Origin: a virus
Length of the DNA: 64,000 nt
Reading direction: 5' to 3' (one strand)
IMG/VR virus record: IMGVR_UViG_3300031952_000004
Location: 45,586-109,585 of that record
Shown: positions 37,765 through 47,056 of the stretch, piece by piece
Layout of the letters: the number at the start of each line of letters is the position of its first letter
How positions within the stretch are numbered: the first letter of the stretch is position 1
The notes under the pieces: model-generated
Seen by the model: only the letters and a program-made list of their open reading frames with translations
Told to the model about the DNA's origin: nothing
Database searches by the model: none
Position numbers and translations under genes: made by a program

Positions 37765-39211
37765 TATTTTCTCTAATAATATTTATCTGTTTTACATTTT
37801 CTAATTCAGTATTTATATCTTGTTTAACTATGATAAATTGAAATCCTAAAGTTTTTAACATATCTACTAATTGTTTAAAATTTTTATTGTCAATTACGTT
37901 CATTCCATCGTCACAAAGTATGACTCCATTAGTTATATTTTTCTGATAAAGAATTCCCAATTTAAAAATAATATTTAAAAAACAACATTGACCACTACTT
38001 AATTGAGAATATTTTAATAATTGACTATTATCCATAATTAATAAAAAATCTTTATCTGCAACAAATTTAACAGATATGTTAATGGACTGTAATAAATTAT
38101 TAATTATTATTTGTAACGATTCTAACCATGTTTTGATATATACGCCAGCAAATAAATCAAGTATTTTTATTGCTTCATCATAGATAACAATATCTGCTTT
38201 TGTGTATTTATAATCCTTAAACTGAAAAGCTCCTTTTAATCTTATTAATTTTTCTCTTGCTTTACCTTCTTTATTACGAAGAGCTGACAAAGTATCATCA
38301 TAATATTCTATAGATTCTTCTTCAGATTCTAATTGTTTTTTATATTGTTCTATAGTATGGTTTAATTGTTCTATTTCTTGGTACACTCCTGTTTTATCGG
38401 GTTTATTCTTTGGAGTAATCTTCTCGCATTTCGTCTTGAGAACAGGACATATACCTTCATCTACCTTTTTCATTTCTTGCTGTTTGTAATAAATAATTTT
38501 TTCTCTACTTTGTATTTCGCTTCTAAGAGAATTAATAATTCCTTGTTGTATACCTTTTTCTTTTTCTAATTTTAAAAAATCATTTTTCATCTCATTTAAT
38601 GAAGCGATTAACAAGTCTAATCGCTTCACCGAAAGATAGTGTTTATATAATTTCTTATCTATCGAATATCGTTCTCTTTCTACTTTTTTGGCTAATAATT
38701 TAGTTCTTATTTCGGTAAAATAAGATTCGATAAAATTCATTAAAGATTTCCTGAGCGATACAATACCTAAATCTAATGTATTTATTCCATTTTTTAAATC
38801 GCAACATCTATATTGTCTAAAAAAATTAATATCTCCGAAAGTTTCGTTTATTAAATTTTGTTTAATACTTGCTGTGTTTGCTTGAATTTCTTTTTCATTA
38901 AGGAAAATCTGTAATTCAGAAGGTATTTTTCTTATTATTCTGTAATTTTCGTTGTTATTGGTTATTTCTAAAGTAACTGAACTTTCTTTTTCTCCAAATC
39001 TTATAAGGTCAACTAATTTTAATCCTTCCTCTACATATCCGTAGAGGCAGAATAAAATAGCACGCAATACTAATGTAGATTTTCCGCTACCATTTCCTGA
39101 TTCTGAAGGACTGTCCAAATTTTTCCCAGAAATAATATTAATCTTATCAAAATCAACCTGAGCTGATTTGATAAGTTGGAGGTTTTGTATTTTTAAGGAT
39201 TTTATAATCAT
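37745..39211 (-). CDS. SbcC/Rad50 (T4 gp46-like) ATPase
   Basis: GNGSGKST Walker A, coiled coil, central CPV...C, LSSGQ signature, ILCDD Walker B. Confidence 0.88.
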   Translation of the reverse strand: MIIKSLKIQNLQLIKSAQVDFDKINIISGKNLDSPSESGNGSGKSTLVLRAILFCLYGYVEEGLKLVDLIRFGEKESSVTLEITNNNENYRIIRKIPSELQIFLNEKEIQANTASIKQNLINETFGDINFFRQYRCCDLKNGINTLDLGIVSLRKSLMNFIESYFTEIRTKLLAKKVERERYSIDKKLYKHYLSVKRLDLLIASLNEMKNDFLKLEKEKGIQQGIINSLRSEIQSREKIIYYKQQEMKKVDEGICPVLKTKCEKITPKNKPDKTGVYQEIEQLNHTIEQYKKQLESEEESIEYYDDTLSALRNKEGKAREKLIRLKGAFQFKDYKYTKADIVIYDEAIKILDLFAGVYIKTWLESLQIIINNLLQSINISVKFVADKDFLLIMDNSQLLKYSQLSSGQCCFLNIIFKLGILYQKNITNGVILCDDGMNVIDNKNFKQLVDMLKTLGFQFIIVKQDINTELENVKQINIIRENNESKII

Positions 39212-39212
39212 C

Positions 39213-39488
39213 TTATCTAAAATAATATTCGGTTAAAAATTTAAATTCTTTTTTCTTATTTTTGTATCGTTTATCTATTAAAGCACAAATAATGTCATAG
39301 GTATAATCATAATTTCTTCCTAATTTAAATTTACAAATAAAGTAATGACCTAATTCATGTACAATTGTTTCTATTTTATCTTTTAAAGATAATTTCTTTT
39401 GAATTCTAATAGTATTATTTAAATAGTCATAAACCCCTATAAATTTATTCCCCTGCCAAACATCTTTTACGAACTTTATTTTAAACAT
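39213..39488 (-). CDS. Small HExxH zincin-like peptidase (ImmA/IrrE-like)
   Basis: G.Y.....I.I...L......TIVHELGH. Confidence 0.65.
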   Translation of the reverse strand: MFKIKFVKDVWQGNKFIGVYDYLNNTIRIQKKLSLKDKIETIVHELGHYFICKFKLGRNYDYTYDIICALIDKRYKNKKKEFKFLTEYYFR

Positions 39489-40020
39489 TTTCTATTTTTT
39501 CTATAAAATAATATCCATCTCTTATTAAAGTTACATAAGATAATTTACAAACTTCTCTTGCGTCAAAAGGAGCAGTAATTATATGAATTCCATTCTTTGA
39601 TAAATGAGATTCTTTGATAATACCATTGAAGTTTCCAATTATAGTATGAACTTCCTCAATTTCAGTTCTAGTATTTGCGTCTACATCAAACATAAAATTA
39701 TTTTCTGCTTTACATTCGGGTTGTAATAATGCTGTTTTCCAAAGAGAATCAATACAGCCATCAAATTGCGAGGTTTCTATAAGTTTATGTAACATCCAGA
39801 TTCTTGCTTTTTTAGTATCTCTTGCATTAACTGTATGATGAATTGTCCAAATTCCACCTAATTTTTTACATTTTTCTCTTAATAAAAATAAATCTAAATT
39901 ATAATCATTAATAATTACTCTAATACATTCGTTAGTTAAATTGGGATTATTTTTTCTTCTTCTAAAAGCTAATAATAAATGTACCATATTTCTTATAGGT
40001 CTATCTTCATGATTTGCCAT
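39481..40020 (-). CDS. Phage protein with AEP-like motifs
   Basis: FMFDVD and SKNGIHII resemble archaeo-eukaryotic primase motifs I and II. Confidence 0.45.
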   Translation of the reverse strand: MANHEDRPIRNMVHLLLAFRRRKNNPNLTNECIRVIINDYNLDLFLLREKCKKLGGIWTIHHTVNARDTKKARIWMLHKLIETSQFDGCIDSLWKTALLQPECKAENNFMFDVDANTRTEIEEVHTIIGNFNGIIKESHLSKNGIHIITAPFDAREVCKLSYVTLIRDGYYFIEKIENV

Positions 40021-40416
40021 TTATTCGACCTCTTTTTGTAAAATTTCCGTAATTTTAGGGTCTATTTTTTGATTATTTAAATAATTCTTAAAACTTTCCT
40101 TAAAAGAAGTCATTTCGGTACGTATACTTTTTTCGGTACTATCCGAAATAACTTCAAACGATGTTTCATACTTAAATGTCGCAAATTTTGTATCATAATT
40201 ACGACATAAAGGAAGAAATTCTCTATAACTTTCAAAATCAAGGATTTTGACTTTAACTTTGGTATTTGGTGGTAATTTATCTAAATAAGTTTGACATTGA
40301 GCTAAATTTAAGGCATTTTTGCCCTGTTTTAGCCCCGTAGAGCTACTTTTTTTAGTTAAAGCATCATTCTTACTACCTTCAATTTGATTGTTTTTATCTA
40401 AGTCGTTGTCTGACAT
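40021..40416 (-). CDS. Probable C-terminal fragment of split SbcD/Mre11 nuclease
   Basis: KVKVKI..F..Y...SFKNYL resembles the gp47/SbcD capping region; GGAG RBS lies inside HNH 3' end. Confidence 0.55.
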   Translation of the reverse strand: MSDNDLDKNNQIEGSKNDALTKKSSSTGLKQGKNALNLAQCQTYLDKLPPNTKVKVKILDFESYREFLPLCRNYDTKFATFKYETSFEVISDSTEKSIRTEMTSFKESFKNYLNNQKIDPKITEILQKEVE

Positions 40417-40895
40417 ATAGTTAAGTTCTCCCATTTGGGTTTTATATATTTCAAACCTATTTCTATCATTTCCTCATATGTTAAAATATTACTTTTCATC
40501 GTATTACAAATTCTGCAAGCCCATACAATATTATCAATAGTATATCCTAATTTTGGATTTTTCTTATCAACTTGAAGACTATATTTTCCTTTTATTTCTT
40601 TAAATATTTTTTCAGAAATTCCACAATATGTACATTTATGGGGTTCATTCCAAAATTTTCTAAATTCTTTTAAAGTACAATATTTTTTGTTTAATTTTTC
40701 TGACCTTAATCTTAATGCACCCCATCTCAGTTTAGCATAATCTGGAATTGTTTTTGTTCTTCGTATTAAATTTAATTTCCTATAAATAATTCTATGACAA
40801 TCATTAGAACAATATATTTTTTTAGATATACTTGTTAAAAATTCTTTTTTACAAATTGGACAAATTTTGGATTGCAATTCTTTTTTAATATACAT
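40398..40895 (-). CDS. HNH endonuclease inserted in SbcD
   Basis: CPIC..YCS..C, CTYCG..VDKKNP..GYTIDNIVWACRICN..K. Confidence 0.85.
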   Translation of the reverse strand: MYIKKELQSKICPICKKEFLTSISKKIYCSNDCHRIIYRKLNLIRRTKTIPDYAKLRWGALRLRSEKLNKKYCTLKEFRKFWNEPHKCTYCGISEKIFKEIKGKYSLQVDKKNPKLGYTIDNIVWACRICNTMKSNILTYEEMIEIGLKYIKPKWENLTICQTTT

Positions 40896-40896
40896 A

Positions 40897-41514
40897 TTAT
40901 TCCTTACTAAGTTCAATCTGTACCATAGGGATAGGAGTTTTAAGAGGTATGAAATCAACCTTTTCTTGAGAAGTATTATAATTAGTAATCAAAGCCACTA
41001 ATTTATATTTATCTTTGGCTTCATCAAAATTAACAAAACGACAACTTCCTAAATGTATTATATTAGGGTCAAAAGAATGTAAATGTCCCAAAAAAATAAG
41101 CAAATAATAATTTTTTAAATCTTTTATAGATATTTTAGCACCATAATTTTTAGAAGATTCTTTTACAGAAAAATGTCCACAATAAAGATGATTTTCATCT
41201 CTAATTTCTTTTACTATAGTAACGTTAGGAGAAAGTATTCCATAAATATCTACAGAAGATAACTCTAATGTTTCACTTTCATGACTTTGTGCAGCCAGCA
41301 AAATAATTTTTCTATTTCCTAATTTCCGAATAAACCTCCCTAAACAATTAAGTTCGGAAGCAGTTGGTTTATTGTTATCAAAATTATCGCCTAAACTAAT
41401 TATATGAGTAACAGAATATTTATTACATAATTCTACAATTTCTTGTAAAATTATTTCACATTCTTTTAAATTATTTTGGTTTATGTGTAAATCCCCAAAA
41501 ATTAAATAAGTCAT
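40897..41514 (-). CDS. SbcD/Mre11 (T4 gp47-like) nuclease, phosphoesterase domain only
   Basis: GDLH, LGDNFD, SHE, GH, GHLH, HLGS...FDE; upstream of SbcC. Confidence 0.82.
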   Translation of the reverse strand: MTYLIFGDLHINQNNLKECEIILQEIVELCNKYSVTHIISLGDNFDNNKPTASELNCLGRFIRKLGNRKIILLAAQSHESETLELSSVDIYGILSPNVTIVKEIRDENHLYCGHFSVKESSKNYGAKISIKDLKNYYLLIFLGHLHSFDPNIIHLGSCRFVNFDEAKDKYKLVALITNYNTSQEKVDFIPLKTPIPMVQIELSKE

Positions 41515-42243
41515 CTAGTTCTCCATAATATAAGTAAAATAAACATACCAATAGTCTCTGCCAGTATTGGTTTTATTATGACATTTATGACATAAGGTAA
41601 TTAAATTATCTTCCTTACAATTTTTTTTATTATAATCAATATGATGAATTGAAAGTTTTTTCTTTAAATCTTTTAATTCTTGTGTTTGCGTTTTGTTACA
41701 TAACTGACATTTGTGGCTGTCTCTTTTAAGAATCTTAGTTTTTAATTTTTCATTCCATTGTTGATTATATGGTTCTTTGCCATTTCCATCAATATACATT
41801 GGATTTTTCTTTCCTAATTTATGGAAGCGTTCATTACAAGACTTACAACGTTTAACTTTGTAGGATTTGGCTCTATTTCCACAATCAATACAGATAGATT
41901 TACCGCCAGTCCATGTAGGCGAATTAATCCCCATTAATAATTTTAATATTGGAGAATCATTATAACATTGTTTATTACAATAATTATGTTGATTATGTTT
42001 TAATTGATATGGATAAATTAATATAGATTTTTTACAAGTAAAACATTTAACTCTTATCAATCCTTTATAACTCGGATTTGATTTCCCACTTAATGTTTTT
42101 ACATAACACTTTTGACATCTTTTTGATTTATAAATAGATTTTGCATTTCCGCATTTGCAGAAATATTTTTTCATTGTTCTACCATCTTTATAAGATGGAT
42201 TATTTTTCCCTACATTAATATGATAACCCTTACGAGTATTCAT
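41515..42243 (-). CDS. Zn-finger HNH homing endonuclease
   Basis: CxxC repeats; ILKRDSHKCQLC..IHHIDYNK..NLITLCHKCH..RDYWYVYFTYIMEN. Confidence 0.88.
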   Translation of the reverse strand: MNTRKGYHINVGKNNPSYKDGRTMKKYFCKCGNAKSIYKSKRCQKCYVKTLSGKSNPSYKGLIRVKCFTCKKSILIYPYQLKHNQHNYCNKQCYNDSPILKLLMGINSPTWTGGKSICIDCGNRAKSYKVKRCKSCNERFHKLGKKNPMYIDGNGKEPYNQQWNEKLKTKILKRDSHKCQLCNKTQTQELKDLKKKLSIHHIDYNKKNCKEDNLITLCHKCHNKTNTGRDYWYVYFTYIMEN

Positions 42244-42585
42244 CTAAGCGTTTCCTATTTGTTCTACTTCTTTATTAATAATTTTATTTTTTATTTTTTC
42301 ACGTTTATCTTTTTGAATTTGCGTCTTAGGATTTCTGTTCCAAATTTTTCTTGAATTTGAATAAATATCACATGCTTGATTACATTTAGTACAAATATAA
42401 TAACAAGTACCTATTATCATATTCTTAGGATTATCTCCAAAAAAATCGGGAGACATACTAATTTTTACTTTAGCATTACAACATAAAGATTTTAAATTAT
42501 TTTTCTTTTTCATTATCGAATCCTCCAAATATGTCTTTAAAAAAATCAGGAATATTCTTATCTTGACATTTAGCACATAATCCAT
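42244..42585 (-). CDS. Small Zn-ribbon protein (true start probably at MKKKNN)
   Basis: SLCCNA..CTKCNQAC. Confidence 0.55.
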   Translation of the reverse strand: MDYVLNVKIRIFLIFLKTYLEDSIMKKKNNLKSLCCNAKVKISMSPDFFGDNPKNMIIGTCYYICTKCNQACDIYSNSRKIWNRNPKTQIQKDKREKIKNKIINKEVEQIGNA

Positions 42586-42644
42586 TTTTAAGTGCGGTAA
42601 AATTATTACATTTTTTACAACAATCTAGATAAAAGACATCTTCG

Positions 42645-43220
42645 TTATAAGGCATCTTTTCCTTTTTCGTCGTTTTCTATAGTTTTTTTGAAATAAACAT
42701 TAGCAGATTTATGATAAATAATAATTCCTTCGGGATTCGCAAATCTAGTTGAAGATGAAGCATAACTTCCTGTATTTTTTAAATTAGTCAAAACGTTTTC
42801 TATTTGAAAAGTATCAAATATTCCTTCATAAAGAATAGGTACGACATAACAACATTCAGGACAGTATTCTTGTTTATCTTTTAGAGGAATATCTTTATCT
42901 TTTATCCACCTACTAACATTAAATAAAGAAAATCTTTTTTCTTGTAAATTATACCCTCTTTGTATTTCCTTGCCCCAAAACTCTCCATAATGATAACCTT
43001 TACCTAATTTTAATAATTCTTCTTTATTATCCATTACCCAATGCCAAAATCCATGATTATCGTTATGGTCGTCTAACCATTTATTTTTACTTCCTGCATA
43101 AATATTATTATTTTCATCAATAAAGATAAGTCCGCATGTGCCATCAATTTTTTCTGTAATAATAATATCTCTACTTAATCTTGGTATTTTAGGGAATCCT
43201 CTAAATTCTGGTAATATCAT
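42645..43220 (-). CDS. RNA ligase-family nucleotidyltransferase
   Basis: TEKIDGT (motif I), GEFWG, FSLFNV, EGIII, YFKK. Confidence 0.8.
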   Translation of the reverse strand: MILPEFRGFPKIPRLSRDIIITEKIDGTCGLIFIDENNNIYAGSKNKWLDDHNDNHGFWHWVMDNKEELLKLGKGYHYGEFWGKEIQRGYNLQEKRFSLFNVSRWIKDKDIPLKDKQEYCPECCYVVPILYEGIFDTFQIENVLTNLKNTGSYASSSTRFANPEGIIIYHKSANVYFKKTIENDEKGKDAL

Positions 43221-43519
43221 TTGATTTCCTTTTTTCTAGGAGAAGAATTATAAATATTCATAATTTCTTCAGTAACTTTATTTAAATTTTGTAATCTTAA
43301 TTCAAATATTTTATCCATAATCATTTTACATGTAGGGCAAATTTGTTTTATTTCTTTCTCTACATACTTTATATAACATTCGTAAGCACTATAATAATCA
43401 TTTATATTTTCATATTTCTTAGGGTCTGGAGAAGGATTTTCTGGAGAAGAACTATATAATGTATGAAAATTATTTTCTTTTAGGGGTTGCGAACACAAAT
43501 CGCAATAATTTACAAGCAT
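43217..43519 (-). CDS. Zn-binding hypothetical protein
   Basis: CDLC...CPTC. Confidence 0.55.
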   Translation of the reverse strand: MLVNYCDLCSQPLKENNFHTLYSSSPENPSPDPKKYENINDYYSAYECYIKYVEKEIKQICPTCKMIMDKIFELRLQNLNKVTEEIMNIYNSSPRKKEIK

Positions 43520-43529
43520 CGTTTCTCCT

Positions 43530-43901
43530 TTATAATCTACGTCTAATACTGTTTGGTAAAATAGAATTGATTGTGTATAATATTATATTAGGTTTTTTAA
43601 AATGAGATAATCCTCTACATCTATAGGGATAATATTTATAAATTTGCCACCATAAATCTATCATACAAATTAATGCTAAAATACTAGAAATCATAATAAA
43701 GAAATCTTTAATAATAAATCCATATCCTAATTTCACAAAATCATTTATTAAAGCAAAATTAATGAAACGCCTCGACATAGATTTAGCGGATTTTACTTTT
43801 TGAATTTTACGTGCTTGAATAGAATATTTTAAAGCATCGAATATGCTAGTAATTACTAATAATCCACCTAAAATATCTTTTAAAGTTATATAATTAAACA
43901 T
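43530..43901 (-). CDS. SemiSWEET/PQ-loop-like 3-TM membrane protein
   Basis: Q..KI.K.KSAKSMS...YG..IKD..I pattern. Confidence 0.6.
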   Translation of the reverse strand: MFNYITLKDILGGLLVITSIFDALKYSIQARKIQKVKSAKSMSRRFINFALINDFVKLGYGFIIKDFFIMISSILALICMIDLWWQIYKYYPYRCRGLSHFKKPNIILYTINSILPNSIRRRL

Positions 43902-44080
43902 TCCATTCCCTGCCTTTTTTTAATCCTGGTTTAAAATTATTAAAAATACATTTCATTTTTTCTTTCCCTGATTTAAGAATAACTTTTTTCCAAAAAATAC
44001 AAGCTGGGCACATAACTTCGGAGGTTTCTTCTATTTCTATTTTCCATCTGGGACAATATTTTAACATTTTTTATCACTTT

Positions 44081-44108
44081 TGGGAGAGTGCGGTTTCCCA
44101 ACACTCTC
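44081..44108 (-). terminator. GC-rich GAAA-loop hairpin ending in CCA
   Basis: Minus strand reads gagagtgttgg-gaaa-ccgcactctc then cca. Confidence 0.55.
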
Positions 44109-44115
44109 ATTTTTA

Positions 44116-44472
44116 TTACTTTTTGGGAGGTTGTTGTTCTTCTTTTCTAACGCCACCCATTTGATTTGTTCTAATCGAAACCAATAACTTTAAAATTATT
44201 CTCATAACCTTTACTAATTTAGCTATATCACTAATTTCTTCTTTACAAATAGCTTCGTAATCGTCGAATGCACCTTTAGCTGTAATCACTTTATTTTCCT
44301 CCTTTTTTATATTTATTATTTCTTTGTTACATTCAGATAGACGTATGCTGCCATTCCTCCTATTACTATTCCTAATATTAAACCTAATATCAGACCTAAT
44401 ATGAACATTATTTTCATCCTCCTTTTTAATTTGATTAAATTTATCTTGTAATTTTTCTTGCCAATTATTCAT
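44116..44472 (-). CDS. Hypothetical protein
   Basis: ORF followed by hairpin. Confidence 0.55.
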   Translation of the reverse strand: MNNWQEKLQDKFNQIKKEDENNVHIRSDIRFNIRNSNRRNGSIRLSECNKEIINIKKEENKVITAKGAFDDYEAICKEEISDIAKLVKVMRIILKLLVSIRTNQMGGVRKEEQQPPKK

Positions 44473-45031
44473 CTTTTAATCCGTATAATGATAACAATAA
44501 AGAATCTGTAATGTTATCGTCTGTTTCTTTCGTATTGAATATATTATTTATCCAATCTATAATTTCTTTTTTCTTTTCAACTTTTTTAGTATCTCTTTTT
44601 AATTGAGATTTAAATCCTACTTCCTTTCTAGCAGTTATTGCGAATACTATTTTTATAGTTTCGAACGAATCATATAATTCAGAAAAACAGATTCCGCACA
44701 TAGCCTTTAATTGACCGAAAGAATAACTATTAAATCCCAAATAAGAATTTTCTAATACTAATATAGAATTCTTCTTAGGTTTTATTTTTAATTTAAATTC
44801 TCTTATAAATTTTAGCATAAATTCTAATTTTTCAATATATTTTTCTGATTTTTCGTCGTCTTTATTTAAAATAGGTATTCTAAAAATAAAAGTACTAATA
44901 CTTAAAGTTTTATTATTGGTTTCTAAAATAGATAAACCTGTTGTACTAGCAATATCTACCCCCAAAACGTATGAATTTCTTTTAATTTTAAATCCTAATT
45001 TTTTTTCAATGTCTTTAATTTTAAAGTTCAT
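44465..45031 (-). CDS. RuvC-like Holliday junction resolvase
   Basis: VLGVD..TTG, VLEN, ARK..G, DNITDS. Confidence 0.75.
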   Translation of the reverse strand: MNFKIKDIEKKLGFKIKRNSYVLGVDIASTTGLSILETNNKTLSISTFIFRIPILNKDDEKSEKYIEKLEFMLKFIREFKLKIKPKKNSILVLENSYLGFNSYSFGQLKAMCGICFSELYDSFETIKIVFAITARKEVGFKSQLKRDTKKVEKKKEIIDWINNIFNTKETDDNITDSLLLSLYGLKDE

Positions 45032-45167
45032 TTAAATATCTCTCCATAAAATATAGTTTATTTCCTATTTCTATTATAGAATAAAATCTATAACCATTCA
45101 TTGTATAAGTATCTATTTCCCATTCATCCCAGATTTTTATTTCTATTGTAAAATTATTTTGTGCCAT

Positions 45168-45380
45168 TTATTCTTGTAAAAAAGTAATTATGGAATTATG
45201 ATGTAATCCATATTTATCTAATAATTGCATGAAAGAATCTTTAACATAAGCTGGAGAGTTTCCCATTATTTTTCTTTGTTCATTTTCTGCTTGCATACCC
45301 ATTGCTTCTATTATCGCACACGCTATTTGAGAATTTAAATAGGCTACTTTATCCATTTTAAACCTCCTTATAAGGCACAT
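45168..45380 (-). CDS. Small hypothetical protein
   Basis: ORF; likely starts at MDKVAY. Confidence 0.5.
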   Translation of the reverse strand: MCLIRRFKMDKVAYLNSQIACAIIEAMGMQAENEQRKIMGNSPAYVKDSFMQLLDKYGLHHNSIITFLQE

Positions 45381-46269
45381 GAATATAATCTAATATCTTA
45401 CCTACTCCTAATTCATTAATACAATAATTATAAAGTTGAGGATGAGTTTTAGCCATGCATTGAAATTTATTAGGTTCCTTTTCTAAATGAGTTCCAAACA
45501 TACAAAACATACATCCAGTTCTTAATTGTCCTTTATCATAAATAGTTGCATATTTTAGATTGTTCTTTTTAATATATGCCCAAACATCTTCTTCTAACCA
45601 AACTGATAAAGGTCTTGATTGAATCTTACCTTCAAAAGAATTACATCCATATTGTAAATAAGTAATTTCTCTCAATCTACTTTCATTTGCCATTGTACCG
45701 ACATAGGGATGCAATCCTGTTTTCTTAGTATAATTTTTGAATGGAAGTTTTTTCATTACATCACAGCATTGGTCGGAAATTTTAAAAGGAGCCTTAATTA
45801 AAAATCTCCATTTTTCTGGTACTTTCCAACTTCCAGATGCTTTTTTTCCATCTCCTCTTATACCTGTTAAATAGAGGTTCCTTATTATTTTATTTCCTTT
45901 TGTAGGATTCTGTAAAGTTGAAATCATTGAAGCAATTTTTTTACTAGTAACTGGATAACCATAGGTATCTAAAACTTGTTTAAAAGTCATTTCGGGTCTA
46001 ATAATTTCTACATTTTCAGTTTCTCGGACAAATTGTATCACTTCCGGCCATTCTAGACCTGTATTTACGAAGACTGCTTTGACATGAGGATATATTGACC
46101 TTACTAAATGTAAAAGAACTGTACTGTCTTTTCCTCCAGAAAAAGAGATACATACATCTCCTTCTAATTTTTCATAAAATTCTCTTATTCTTTTATTAGT
46201 AAACTTAATTTTTGCCTCTAAAGGTAATGATTGTCTTTGTTTAAGTTCCCAAATCTTTACTTTAGGCAT
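45358..46269 (-). CDS. PAPS reductase-family (PP-loop) protein
   Basis: SFSGGKDS, NTGLE, CC..MKK, ES.LR, RTGCMFC. Confidence 0.88.
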   Translation of the reverse strand: MPKVKIWELKQRQSLPLEAKIKFTNKRIREFYEKLEGDVCISFSGGKDSTVLLHLVRSIYPHVKAVFVNTGLEWPEVIQFVRETENVEIIRPEMTFKQVLDTYGYPVTSKKIASMISTLQNPTKGNKIIRNLYLTGIRGDGKKASGSWKVPEKWRFLIKAPFKISDQCCDVMKKLPFKNYTKKTGLHPYVGTMANESRLREITYLQYGCNSFEGKIQSRPLSVWLEEDVWAYIKKNNLKYATIYDKGQLRTGCMFCMFGTHLEKEPNKFQCMAKTHPQLYNYCINELGVGKILDYIHVPYKEV

Positions 46270-47012
46270 TAATATCCTCCTAATTTTTTATCAAAAATAC
46301 CTTCTTCTATTTCTTTCTTAAAACGAACATCCAAATCGGTAACATAAATTGGAGGAAATCTATCTTTTCCTTTTTTATTATTAATATGCCCCACTTTAAA
46401 TGGACTTTTGGTTTTAGATTGCATTTTTAATAATTCTTTCCATAAATCGGGAAAATTCTTATACAAACCTCTTAATGATGTCATTGGTTGTAAAGGACAG
46501 CACCAGCACGATGCACTACTCATACACTTATAAAGATTCTCAAAATTGAATCCTTTATCTTTACAATAATCTAAACAATCCTGTTCAGTCATTCTCCATT
46601 CTATTAAAGGAAGTATTACTGTTTTATCATCTGCATATCTTTTTGCTCTATATTCTTCACCTTTTGTAAGTCCAAGATAATTAACAAAAGGTTTTTTGTC
46701 TTTTAAATATTTGTGAATTGCAGTTTTTTTCAATCCTGTACACCAACGAATATTGAAACGAGGAAATCCCAATCCAATTCCCCTTTTATTTGGTTTTTCA
46801 TACATATACCATTCAAATGATTTTTCTGGTTTAAGCCAAACAATAGGTCTTTTAATATATTCTTCAACTTTTTTAACAGTAGTATAAATAGCAGGGAATT
46901 CCCATCCTGTATCAAAGAACAAAATTTCATCTATTTGCTTTTTTTCTTCAAGTAATCTTATAAGCATAGCAGTAGAATCTTTCCCACCTGAATAACTAAC
47001 TATATAGTGCAT
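46269..47012 (-). CDS. PAPS reductase-family (PP-loop) protein
   Basis: SYSGGKDS, DTGWEFP, RWCT.LK, SCWCCP. Confidence 0.88.
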   Translation of the reverse strand: MHYIVSYSGGKDSTAMLIRLLEEKKQIDEILFFDTGWEFPAIYTTVKKVEEYIKRPIVWLKPEKSFEWYMYEKPNKRGIGLGFPRFNIRWCTGLKKTAIHKYLKDKKPFVNYLGLTKGEEYRAKRYADDKTVILPLIEWRMTEQDCLDYCKDKGFNFENLYKCMSSASCWCCPLQPMTSLRGLYKNFPDLWKELLKMQSKTKSPFKVGHINNKKGKDRFPPIYVTDLDVRFKKEIEEGIFDKKLGGY

Positions 47013-47036
47013 TTCTTTTTCCTTTTTAAGAGAGAG

Positions 47037-47056
47037 AAGGAAGTTAAAACTTCCTT
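47037..47056 (-). terminator. Hairpin with pyrimidine tail
   Basis: Minus strand aaggaagtt-tt-aacttcctt then ctctctctt. Confidence 0.45.

Noticed and set aside
40300-40380. Locally GC-richer, low-complexity stretch in the SbcD C-terminal ORF as a possible origin
   Set aside because: No iterons or clear symmetry; can be explained as a disordered linker
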